From assembly GCA_013115145.1 (NCBI GenBank), contig JAAPAO010000011.1, forward strand, positions 79,705 to 143,704: a stretch of DNA of 64,000 nt, written 5' to 3'. This DNA is from Perkinsus chesapeaki ATCC PRA-425. Lineage: Eukaryota; Protista; Perkinsozoa. Under the pieces are notes generated by a model that was not told the DNA's origin, did not search any database, and saw only the letters and a list, made by a program, of their open reading frames with translations. The stretch's first letter is position 1. Each line of letters starts with the position of its first letter. Made by a program: the position numbers and the translations under genes. Below are positions 27,300 through 38,886 of the stretch, one piece after another.

Positions 27300-28200
27300 C
27301 TCGGAGAAGTGAGATGCGATGATCCTTGGAGAACTAGACACAACTATGAGAAGCTTCGTGAGATAGCATACGCGCTCCTTTGCAACGCCTTGGAGAGCAA
27401 GGACTTCAATTTGGACAGAAGAACGAAATTGAAGTTAAGGAACCAATCCTCGTCTAGGAGCTTCAATTTGGATGGATGAGAGGATGAGGAACCTCAATGT
27501 AGATACAGTGCTTTTGGAACTTCAATTTGCAAAATTGGTAAAATAATTTCGAGGTGAGAAGCTTCAATGAGAATAAGTCATTATAACTCCAGTCTAGGAG
27601 CATGGTTTGTTCGATAGTTGTGCCGGATGCTTCTCGTTAGTTGGAATCTAAGTTAGGAATAGGCGTTGTTGACATTCAAGGCAGTATGAACTGTAGCGTC
27701 CATGCGAAGGGGAAGATTCACTCAACCACTTCACATAATTCACACACGAGCGGGCACCGCGACGAAGGCGCTGCTTGCTTCACGCAACCAACATCTGATA
27801 ACAACTTTTCTTTCCATGCTTGCTTTAGGGATGTATTCGAGTTTCGCTGACCCTCGTTTTCAATGCCCCTTACTGAAATAAGATGCCTAATGCTTTTCCG
27901 ATAAGCCAACTTGACAAGTAACTCAACAATGCGATCTACAGTGAAAAGGTAATAAAAACGATACGAAGTCAGCACTGATGGTAAACGAATCGTGTGTACG
28001 TTAATCCCTCACGCACCGGCGTCACATCCATCATGTAGGATGCTCGCCACTCCCTCCTGATCAATCTTATTCAAGATCTCATCTTTAATCATTGCAATAA
28101 CCTCCTTAATGAGACATTCACGCTCACCAGTCATAGACTCAATTGACTTGAAGAACTGTACGTCACCTCCGAGTACATTGATGAAATTCCGCCAAGTCAT
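27300..28200 (-). mobile_element. Degenerate hAT-like transposase fragment
   Basis: WRNFINVL...IKDEILNKIDQEGVASILHDGCD resembles the hAT segment that ends at the first catalytic Asp (FRNLIKVL...VSLTTDGW). Downstream LLDEDWFLNF...ALQR resembles a hAT insertion-domain helix. Multiple stops and frameshifts; no TIRs found. Confidence 0.42.
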
Positions 28201-30162
28201 TTAACTCAAATCAGGTTGGAGAAACTTGTATGTCTTCAACAAATTCCCAAGATATTCATCGCTCGTAATACTATCATCCGCCACCCCCGAGTTCGCCTCC
28301 TCGCCGAAACCAAGTCGCTCCAACAACCAAGTCAACGGTTCTTCCTTCACCGTATTCTTAATGATGCTATGGACCTTGTGCACCACCATGCTACATCGTG
28401 AGTCTAGATCAGTTTCGTCACACTGGTTCGACGCCACAGCGAGTTCCAATTGGCGGAAGGATTTGGATTGAAAACTAATATACGACAACAGCCTGTCAAC
28501 CTCTGACTCATAGAGGGGCAGCAGTTTTTCGAGCCTCGCGAGCTCCATCCGCGAAATGCTCTCAGCCATCTGTGTACTTGAGGTCGCCCCGGTGGATGGG
28601 GAGACGAATTCTTTGACGCTCCTTAGTGGACTGGCGGGACGTGACGGCTGACTAGAGGAAGCTGTCGGTGGTGGAACAACAACTGCATCCCTCAATAACG
28701 ATATCACGTCTGAGTCACGAGAATAGCTGCTCCCAGTTCGATTGTCACCTTCATGATCAGATTCTGCCTTGCACTTAACACTAGTGACATTGATAGTTCT
28801 TTGGGAACGCCCCCAGTCTATACGATCTAGTTGTTCGCAAACGAATAGCTTGCCACGGCTCGGTGTTGGTATATCGCCGATGTGATCTGAGGACGTATAG
28901 AATACATGGCAGGTTATGAAGGTGCTCTCGCCGCCGGTCAGCAAAATGCTCAAGCCCGTACGAGCATTCCCGCGGGGTGAGGTTCCCTTGCAAAACGCCA
29001 AACAAGACGTTGTACCACAGTGACCAGTTTGAGATTGCTTTCGGAGGACTCTTAGCCGCGCCGGTGCAGAGAAGCTGAGAAGTACCAGGCAATCGCCAGC
29101 TCCACTGGCAACTATCCGGTTGTCGCTCAGCCATAGAGTCGATTCCAGTTCGCTCTGCTCTTCATGACCAATAACCTTCACCAAACCCTTCTCGGCATGC
29201 TCCCCGACAGTCCCTTCACGGTCGCTCTTCGTGAAGACCTGGGACCACACCAGAAGTTCCCCGCCATCCGACACTCCTGCTAGATGAGCCCTGTCGGGTG
29301 ACCACGACAGACATGCGATTGGATAGGTGGTATTTATCGTGGTCAGTTGCGAACTAGAGAACTCCCTGCCATCCCTGGTAACCTTGAACAACTCGTATAT
29401 TCCAAGAATACAACAACTCGCCCGGAGCGCTACAGCGACCTTGACCCGGTCACCGCGTAATATCTCTCGCGATGTCGATCGGTCGTCTTCTGCCCCGTCG
29501 TAGGGTACCCCGGCCAGGGCATAAGCGCAACCGAACAAGTCTAGGGAATAGGCTTCTTGGCAGCCTTCCTTGTTGCTCCTGTTTCGCTTAGTAGACCGCC
29601 GGTACAGAGTAACGCGACCGTTTGTTGCAGCAGAATTGACCTCCGGGCGGCTCCACTCAGACGTGATTGCCACGACAATGACGGATAAGTTGGGTCCTGG
29701 TTCCCATAGCTGAGCGTCTTTAACATCAGTAAGTGGCCGTTCCGCATGGTAATGGATGATGATATCCTTAATTTGGGGGCGCTTAGATGGCTGTCTGGCA
29801 TCCACTAGATGCAGCCCAAGGCCCTCATAACCAATAAACAGTAATTGTGGACCACATGGTAAGACAACCGTTGCCTGGAGAGCACCCAAGCTACGAATGG
29901 TGTCAGGAAAAGCGTCCTCCAAGTGCGGGTTCAACTGTAGGCTGGGACCGGTGGCGAATCTACCACTGCCACGCTCCTGTCCTTCTACCACCACTAGGTC
30001 GAATTGTTCGACGATACCCGAGTAGTAGCCCACAACAACCCTGAACTTCGGCTCGGCCACGTGATCACTGGCGGTCACCCGCTGGTCAATGCAACTGACG
30101 TGTATGCAAGTGGGGATTTCGGTATCGACTGGCACCACCGTATGAGGCATGATGGTGGGCAT
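28201..30162 (-). CDS. Intronless WD40-like beta-propeller protein with a C-terminal coiled segment (653 aa)
   Basis: Long ORF with WD-like repeats (IACLSWSPDRAHLAGVSDGGELLVWS, HEEQSELESTLWLSDNRIVASGAGDCLVLL, HCGTTSCLAFC..LLTGGESTFITCH), an S/P-rich linker and a helical C-terminus. Confidence 0.72.
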   Translation of the reverse strand: MPTIMPHTVVPVDTEIPTCIHVSCIDQRVTASDHVAEPKFRVVVGYYSGIVEQFDLVVVEGQERGSGRFATGPSLQLNPHLEDAFPDTIRSLGALQATVVLPCGPQLLFIGYEGLGLHLVDARQPSKRPQIKDIIIHYHAERPLTDVKDAQLWEPGPNLSVIVVAITSEWSRPEVNSAATNGRVTLYRRSTKRNRSNKEGCQEAYSLDLFGCAYALAGVPYDGAEDDRSTSREILRGDRVKVAVALRASCCILGIYELFKVTRDGREFSSSQLTTINTTYPIACLSWSPDRAHLAGVSDGGELLVWSQVFTKSDREGTVGEHAEKGLVKVIGHEEQSELESTLWLSDNRIVASGAGDCLVLLSFSAPARLRVLRKQSQTGHCGTTSCLAFCKGTSPRGNARTGLSILLTGGESTFITCHVFYTSSDHIGDIPTPSRGKLFVCEQLDRIDWGRSQRTINVTSVKCKAESDHEGDNRTGSSYSRDSDVISLLRDAVVVPPPTASSSQPSRPASPLRSVKEFVSPSTGATSSTQMAESISRMELARLEKLLPLYESEVDRLLSYISFQSKSFRQLELAVASNQCDETDLDSRCSMVVHKVHSIIKNTVKEEPLTWLLERLGFGEEANSGVADDSITSDEYLGNLLKTYKFLQPDLS

Positions 30163-30924
30163 GATGAGGAATATTTAACGCTTAACTAACCATCGATCAT
30201 GCTACGGTCGATATGTAAGTCACGGTGGTATATTGATAAACAACCCGAAAGTGAAGATACAGTATCTTAGATTGTGCAACGAGAATATTGCAATAAGTAA
30301 AAAGTGCAAGGGTAAAAAGCTACACTTCGAGTACGGCGAAAGTCCTACCAATTAAGAGTATCACTAACGCAATTGCGAGGATTCGTCACAGAAACTTGGC
30401 AAGCATATACCATCGTTCATGATGCTGCTCTCAATCTTCATCGATACACTTCTTTATCCCCTGTACTGTCCGCATTCCCTTACCAGTGCAGAGCTTGAAC
30501 GCTACTGGCATAATAATGTCAGTGCATGGCACCCAGCCTCTGCGCTTGCTAAGGATACTTCTTCGGTATTGAGGAAAACGAAAGACCGAAGTCTTGTGCA
30601 AGCCAGCTTCACGCTGAAGCCGTATATTGTCCTCCTGAATATCATTAGTCACACAACGGACAACACAGTACAAGCCCCTACCGATTGAGCTTGTCTCAGC
30701 ATTTTGTTCTGGAAGGCAGCCCGAGCGACTAGAGCCGTAGTGGTAATCCTTGGGGCATCTGACGCTGCCAACTTGGCAGATAATGCCGATTTGGATGCGA
30801 AAAGGCGACTTGTTATGTTCGGTGCCATTACAAGGCCAATAGGTCACCTCAATGATCCTTGATGAACGCAAGACGACAACACTTGGAGAGTGAAAATGTT
30901 AAACATTGTATTCCAGGAAATGAT

Positions 30925-33900
30925 TCAGAGAAGCGGCATCCAGCCGATGTACATGCGTATTAAATATTTCGGGCTCGTAGCAATTCTAATTAGTTCATCA
31001 ACTTGCCCTTCAACGCTTATGCCAGTTCCTCGGTAGTCTCCCTGCATATCGTTGGCCGACAGCAGCAAAGCATCTTGAGTGCCGCTATCCAGACCACCGC
31101 CTGATACGTCCGACTGGGTCAGGAACACTACACCGGAGAGCTTCTGCTCAACCTCTTTAACCGTTCTGTCTGCGTTGTCGCTCGCTCGAGCCACGACCAG
31201 ATTAATCTCGGCTTTGCCACCTCGAAGAGAGTACTGTTTTGTCCTGGCGGCTGATGCCCACTGAGTAACAGGATCCGCCACGAACGAGAACAACACAGAG
31301 AGAAGCGTTTTCTTATGAGCTCGTAGAGCAGACATCGCCTGCACGCATGCGGCACGGAATGGGCCTTCAACGCCGTTGGCTCCCATCGCGCTGACACAAT
31401 TACTTGTCAATCTAAATGGCACGAGTTCTGGAATCTTGAGCTTGTGGCCAGCATCGAAGATACAATCAAAGTCAACATGGGTAAGCTCGCCATCTATTTC
31501 ACTCAGCATTATATTCTCACAATGTCTATCACCAAGGCCTATTATATAACCAACCATGCACCAGAGAGCTTGAGTGGCGATGAACTTGTTGCGCATAGCC
31601 AGCCAGTGGTCGGCATCCCGAGCGAGAGAGAAATGCCAATGCTGCAAGAGTGGAGGGGTCTCTCGTATGAGACGGGCAAAGGCTGCCTCCCCATTAGGAG
31701 CACAGATGACATCTCTAACCTTCGTGTTGAGCAGTTTTTCAAAAGGATTCTCGCCTTTCCCGTATAGTCTACTGTGGGCATTGTTTATGCAATCACGCAT
31801 AGTTAAGAAGCCTGTCATCCACTCTATGAGAGCCGCAGTGCTCGAGAGGCATACTACCGCATACGTCCTCAGTTTAACCTATCGCAACACTGGCTTAAAC
31901 CATCATTGCCGATATCAGTACTTACCCCTTTCAACAGACTGCCTTTCTGATGCTCATAATCCACCCCATTCCGATTGTCATCACAATGACTTTCGAGATT
32001 GTGGTTGATCATCGTGAAGAGGTCCATCATTCTGGCATCTTTTCGCATGTCTCCATTCGCCTCTTGTTTGGCTAGGAATGGATACCTTATCAAAACATGG
32101 ATCCCTGTGTCACCAAGAAGCAGCAAGTCTACTGTCTTCCATCAGTGCCACACATGACGATTCTCTTTGGCTTCGCTTTGCTGGCCATGACCTTTACCTT
32201 CGGCCCCCAACTGGCCACACCCACCACACTGTTGCCTTCATCAGAGTCCAATCGCGCTCCGTACCTGAACAGAAAACCTCTACACTGCGGCGACGAGCGC
32301 AGCCACGCACCCAATGTACTGCTGCAGTGGCACAACTATCTTCGCCGACCCCCGTCCGCCTCGGATGAGCCTTTGCAACTTCGGAAAAGATGCCAAGGTG
32401 GAGAAGTTGCCCTCGCCGGTTCTGCAGTTAGTGTCGACGCAAAGGCTGCCAAGCTCCCTTATAAGTGATTTATGCTGTTCAACGCCTGTGGCGTGTCAGT
32501 AAAGTGTGCACCTATATTCAGCTAAACTTACCTTCGGAGTCTGCCTGAACCGCTGCTGGCAACACCTTGTCCTGAAGGACCTTCATAGTATCAACATAAA
32601 AGCGTGGGGCATCTCGATGCTGTCTGCTAGCGTCCCCGCCGGTATGGTTGACAACAAATGGCAGCACATGCCACCGGCTCTGGGAAATACATAGATAACT
32701 TCAATCGTTCGAGAGATGCTTCACTCACCTGCCTTGGGTATTGAACAAGGAGGGCGCTGATGATAGAGCACACAAAGGAGACGGTGATATTGTGAGCCTC
32801 TTCTCCAGCGACTTTGAGCTTCTCAAGATACATAAGCCTAGGACCACTGGCCCCCTCTTTCTCATATCGGGCGCGCTTCATCAAACCGTAAAGTACCCTA
32901 AAGGTCTTGAGGTCGTCGGGTACGTGGAGCCGCGACAAGAGCTGTGGTAAAGCAGCAAACCATACTCTTAAGGGGATCTCCAAATCCGTGCTGCACCGTT
33001 CGGCCAAGTTGCGGATGATCGAACCAGCTCTATCAGATACCCGCTGTTGCCACCGAGTGAACAAGACTCGACAGAGATCTCGAGTATGGCCCTCCAAAAG
33101 TGCCCATGTCTCAGGAACTATCAGGGGCCTATTGTCCGACCCGCCATCGACCATTTGAGTTGCAGATACCGACGTCCCTTTCTGAAAAATACTACTTTGC
33201 CCGCTAGCAGCGATACAATTTGCTTACCTGTTTTGAGAGATTGCCAATGCAGTGCTCATAATGGGGTAAACTTTCTCTTGGTATGAGATTTACCAAAGCA
33301 CCGGAACCTTGATCCCATACAATACGCAATATCCTATTCAACGCCATGAGCTCGTGCTTGGTTCCAAACTGAATAGCCAACATATACTGCACTGTGATCT
33401 CCTGTAGCGTCTTCGATATGGACATAATCCGGGTTGTGCCTGGCGGCAGTCCGGCCTCTTCCTCAAGAAGCCCATCAAGATACTGTGCAAATGCGAAGTG
33501 CCCCCTAGCTCGACGCTTTGGAGACAAATCCGCCGCCTCTGCCAGCACCTGTCTGAATGCTGGCAGGGATTCTCGTGGCTGTATTAGGTTCTTGCTGCAG
33601 CTGTACCGCAGTCGATCAAGTTTCACACACCACGCCGTCTCCTTATCGGCAGCCTGCTGGCCACGTCTACCACCCAGAAGGGATGCTACATCCTCTAGAG
33701 CGTCTCGAGACTTGCTGATATCACCGAGATCACGATAGACCTTAGACATCTCAATCATAAAGTTGACGCTCTTTTCTTTATATATTTCAGGCTGGGCTCG
33801 GCATGCCACACCAACTTCTTGTGCTAAGTCATAGCGGCCGGCTCGTCTGAGAGCTCGAAGGTGTTCCCAGAGCAGCTGGCTCAACTGCTGTGGATTGCCA

Positions 33901-36900
33901 CCAACAGCTCGGATGGCTGCCATCGCCACAACCGGCCTGCCTGAGGCTTCATCGGCCTCTTCGAGAATTGCACGCGTGCGCAGCGTCTGTGGCAAACAAA
34001 GGCTTGTCTTGTTAGACAGGCACCACTCCAAGTCGAACAGAGTCCGAGCTTTTGAACGGCACTCATTCTCCAGAACAGTGGAATATCCTTTACGAAGGCC
34101 CAGCTGACCAGCCATCCTCTTATAAGCAGCGGCGACGTCATAAGAAGCACCCTCGTTGAGGCTAACTAATGCGGGAACCACTGTTGACGACTCCTCGACC
34201 TGTGGGCCAGGATCCGACCACTTCCCCAGAAGAGCAGCCTTCCTTATCCATTGCTCTTCCTTCTCCCGCAAGGTAGACGAATCTTCCATCAAATCGTCGA
34301 CACTAGTCCCACTGAAAATCTTGCTGGTATCAAGCTTCTTTGCCATCGCTAAAGCCCCAGCCTCACCGGCAGCATCCCAAGCGGTATCAACGCCCATCTT
34401 TGCGAATATGCTTGCCATATGGACGTGATCAGGGAGTGTCATAGGCGTACCGTGAGGCGGAGCGTAGGCCTTCTCCATGAACAGGAGAGCGTGGGGCCAC
34501 ATTTCACACCTTTCCGCGGCTCTCGAGAGAGACAGATAAGTGGCTTGATGATCCCGTAAAAGCAGGGCTAGTCGGGGAGCGAGCCACTCACTGCGTTGAT
34601 TTTTACCGAGCTTGCCCGACCATGCCTCGATGATGTCGTAGATCTCTATAATGGCAGAGAGGATAGCCCGCTCAGCCGACTCCGAGGCGAGTATCTTCTG
34701 TAGGTGGAGGAAAAGCTTGTCTAGCATCTTGCTGGGATCCTTATCCGAATAGAGAAGAGCGGCCACGAGAGTTGGTAAGACTTCCGAGGCCACCGTGCTG
34801 GACTGCTTCATGAGCAAATCCACAGCCAGCATCAGTCTTCGAACCTTCACTGTGTTGTTCTGCACACCCGGGAGCTCACGGACCATCCATCTGGCCAGAG
34901 TCTGAATCGTCCAAGTAGAGGCGTCCCTCCCCCAGCCACCCTCATCACTGGGGTTGGCGACCTTGTATGAGGTGGCGAGATAGGGCCAGAGGGTTTCAGC
35001 TGCAACACGACTCAATAGGCTGCTGGAGACCGCTGATTCCAGGAAGTTTTGGCCTCCCATGGCAGTGAGGATCGATTGTGCCAGGTACGAGTATTTAGCG
35101 CTACCTATCTTGGGTATGACGTGCGTCAGCAACAGGTGCACCGCGAGCTCCATCGCCACAGCTTCCCCTTGGTTCTCCCGCCAGGCATTGTCGGGATTGT
35201 CTATGCCAATCCTCGCCCCGCGTCTGGAATCTCCCGGACAGTGGCGGCCTTCAGCATGACTGTATTTCCATCTTCCCAGAGCCCCTAGTGCTCTGGTCAC
35301 AGCCACACTCAAGGTACCTCCAGCCGCCGCGTCTCGTTGCAATAGAATGTCAGATAAGCGACTATTAAGTTGGTTGGCGAGGGCCTCCAGATCTCCATAC
35401 GGATCATTCCAGGCCTCGGCGTAGTGCACGAGCAGGAGGTCCGCCAGCAGCACCAGTGCGCTCTCGATACAGCAATCAGGCCTTGGAGGGGATGCAGTTA
35501 TCTCTTTGAGAACATACGATAAAACCGCCTTCACCTGACCTTCCTCCAGCCTTCTGTTGTCCCCACCAAAAATAATCCTCAAATGAGGATCAGTCACCAC
35601 TTGTCTGGGAAGACTTCGAGCAAACGAGCGCGCAGGATCATAGCCAACTCTCATCAAGTCTACCATATACGTGGGCAACATGGCGAGTTCTTCGTCCTTA
35701 GGCACTCGATCATACAGGCTCTTCCAAGGCCGCAGTAATGCTTCTCCCTCAGACGCTTGCCAAGGGGTGCTCTTAAGGGTCAGCTTCCGGACGGCATCTA
35801 GATTCTGAGACCAATACAGTTGTAGGACCTGCTGGTCAACTACTTCAAGTAGCAAGGCTAACGCTGTGCAGTAGCATGCAGCTTGCTCACTCCCTTTCAT
35901 TGAGGCATCGACTAGTAGCTTGAGTACATACAGATAGTAGCACTTCAGCACGTATGCCTTGTCGGCTGCTCCTGTCGAGCTTCCGCGTGCTCGCTTAGCT
36001 GGCGGCTCAGCTCCTTCGCCGATGCCTATGGAAGACCTTCTTGCCTTGGGACAAAGGACCTTTGCACTGTGGTTGAGGATGGCAAACACATTCTGTTTCG
36101 TTACAGCCAGGACAGTCTCGAAGGTGTCAGTACCATAGAGAAATCTCCTGGCGAAGCGCAAGAACACCAGGAAGAGCAGGCCACCACAGTCCGCTTCCAC
36201 AATGGTTTCTATTGAGTGTCGTCCGCCGTATATGTCCAGAACAGCCCTGATAACAGTAACATCAACTGACTGGCCGGACGTGTCCTCGACAAGAGGTGCA
36301 GCGAAGACTCCATGGGCTAAGACCTCAGCTAGACACTCGGTAATCAGGTTATCCATGGCACCACTGTTGGTGACCTCTGGGGACTCGTCTAGACTTAGAA
36401 ATCTTACAAGCTCCAATACATGGTGCTTTAGGTTGGCATCCTCCACACCGGACAGTATACCATTGATGAGGAGCTGCACCACAGCCTCACCAGCAAGAGG
36501 CATCAGCACATCCCTGTCTGACCGCAGTCTGATAACCGTCGATGGTAGATCCAGAAGGAGACAGACACTGTGTCTGCCTCCTTGGCCTAGGGATGACAGA
36601 GCCGGTATCAGGGAGGACCGCAGGAAGGCCTGGCCTATGCCTGGGCACTCGAACAGTGAGCGCACTCGGCATCTCTTAAGGTGGGCAACATAAAGAGGAG
36701 GAAGGGTAAACGGCTTGCATATTTCCGGCAGGGGCGGTGGGAACTGTTGTTCCTTCGGTGGCCTGTCGAGAATTATTCGAGGATTAGCCGCCACCATAGC
36801 TCTGTAGGGCTCATTCTCCCCCGTGAGATTACCCGCCAGCTGGAGTACTTGGCCCATGGCGAACTGGCACATTGGACAGTTAGCTCCACATTTAGAGGCG

Positions 36901-38657
36901 GTTGTGATGTCACGCGCGGTGGCCAGTGCCGAGGAAGATAGTTTTGCCCCTATACCGGGTGCTTTGCTGCCCTTCCCACCTATCCTGCAGATAAGGTTTG
37001 TGGCTTCGCCGGCCATCCAGGGGAGAGTCACTCGGAAGTGGCCCGGGTCCGGCACAGCGACCTCATGGACCTTTTCTGTGAGAGTACGCCCAAACAACGG
37101 TGGAAATCGACTCCACGTAGACTCGGTCGCACCTCGGTTGAACAGGTCGAAAGATGTATCCTCCAAATACGCAAGTATCACCACAGTAGAGAAGACTAGA
37201 TGACTTTTGCAGGCTGAACCACTCCTATCAGACGAGTTGAGCATTTGCAGCAGCTGCCGGGCAACGGTCTCTTTGCTGGCACCGTCCCCAAGACCCAGGT
37301 AACCTTGCTGAAGGAGGCCGGCAGCGATGCATCGCCAAGCAGGCTCCTCCCCTTGGAGAGCTGCCGATCTAACATGCTGAAGCACCTCTCCGAACTCTCT
37401 ACTGTCTCCTTTGCCACCAAAGGTCAGCTCCTTCTCACTCAACTGGGTGCCACTTTCAAGCAGGATCTGTGTCCACCAGAGCGACGGAGTTGTTCCTGCT
37501 GGCGCTATGGACTCGCAAAGTCGGCAGCACCGTGCATGACCGGCCTCCCCATGGAGTCTCGCGAACACTATGAGATCACATAGGGAGTGCTGGAGCTCTG
37601 AGGTGTTGGGGACGCTACTTATCTGCTCGATGAGAATCTCCGCCACATCTTCATTGAGCCCACCAGTAGCCCTGGATAACTCTGCGACAGCCTTGAGCCG
37701 CTTCGGATCGGTCCACCATTCCTCTTGTGCTGCGAGGGCCCATATGTCGTCCACTACAGTGGCTAGGGCACCAGAGGGGAGGGACCGAACTAAGAGCTCG
37801 CTAACATCCGCAGCACACTCTACTGGAGGTGGACCACTCGATTCTGCGAGATCTAGTACGTCCAGGGCCCTGTCAGGCGGCAGCCACGGCAGAGCTGCGA
37901 TGCAGTCCCAGCAAGTGAACAGGATATCGTCAGAAGGAGCGAGCTCCGGAGTTAGGGAAAGAACACAACTGAGGAGCTTTGTGAGCACGTCACCACTAGC
38001 GGCGCCATCCCCTCCCAGATAGGCCCTTCGACGCCTCAGAAGGCAGGACACTGTTGATAGTACACCGGTGATGGCCGCCGACGATGCACTGGCAGAATCG
38101 AAGGTCCACTGTATGGAGACCGGCCCAGAGGCAGTAGAGCCTGGTGAAGAGCTTGGCTGAGGCATTATGAAATCATACGCAGCCGAAACGAAATTGGGAT
38201 AGACGTGGCGGGACTGACTAGCCGCCGCTGTGTCCTGATCGCAGTCCCTCAGGAGGAGATGCACGCCCTTGAGAGCGTAGATTATATCGGCTGTCTCGGC
38301 AAGGAAAATATCCAGCAGCTCACAGTTGTACTGATCTACGTGGAGCGCTACGGTCACGACAGCCTCGACCATGAGGTCCAGTGATGGCATCGTGTCACCG
38401 TCACCGTAGGGGTAGAGGGATAGAATGTTAATAAGGAACAGAAGAGAGCGACGAACGTGACAGTTAAGGACGCATGCGTTGGGATTGGTTGAGTCGAAAA
38501 ATGAGATTGTGAAGTTAAGAGCCTCTTCCACACAAACCTTCGTAGAGTCATCCCGTGGCGAGCTGGCTGCCTGCATCAGTTGCCTACCTGACAAAAACCG
38601 CTGCTCTGGCCGCCTCGATCCCCCCACTACCAACGGCCTGACACTTCTTCTCTCCAT
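30925..38657 (-). CDS. ATR: ATR/Mec1/Rad3-type PIKK kinase
   Basis: FAT region (YLSLSRAAERCEMWPHALLFME), KVMASKAKPKRIVMCGTDG, GDMRKDARMMDLFTMIN, GYIIGLGDRHCENI, HVDFDCIFD, VPFRLT and a FATC end GQVDELIRIAT..LIRMYIGWMPLL*. One exon of about 5.4 kb precedes the short-intron kinase exons. Confidence 0.92.
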
Positions 38658-38886
38658 CAGCGCGCTTCACAAAGTGAGAGGTGTTCCTCAATGCAAAGGC
38701 AGAGCAACACGGCGATGCAGCCCGTCCGTTGCAATCGTCTTCAACTTCGACCTCAGCAGCGCCGAAGTAGCCTCCAGGCGCCCAATGCAGCATTTCCAAA
38801 ACGCCAACTGACAGCCCTGTGCCTCCCAACATGTAGCAACCCAAATCTCACTGCTGCTAGAAACGAAGATCCGAAACAAATTTGCA

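Noticed and set aside
30180-30215. Spliced-leader relic (accgtagc on the minus strand)
   Set aside because: Only 8 nt match the perkinsid SL as I recall it, which is expected by chance.
30419-30871. ORFs between the WD40 and ATR genes
   Set aside because: Opposite-strand ORFs with no motif or coding signal I can support.
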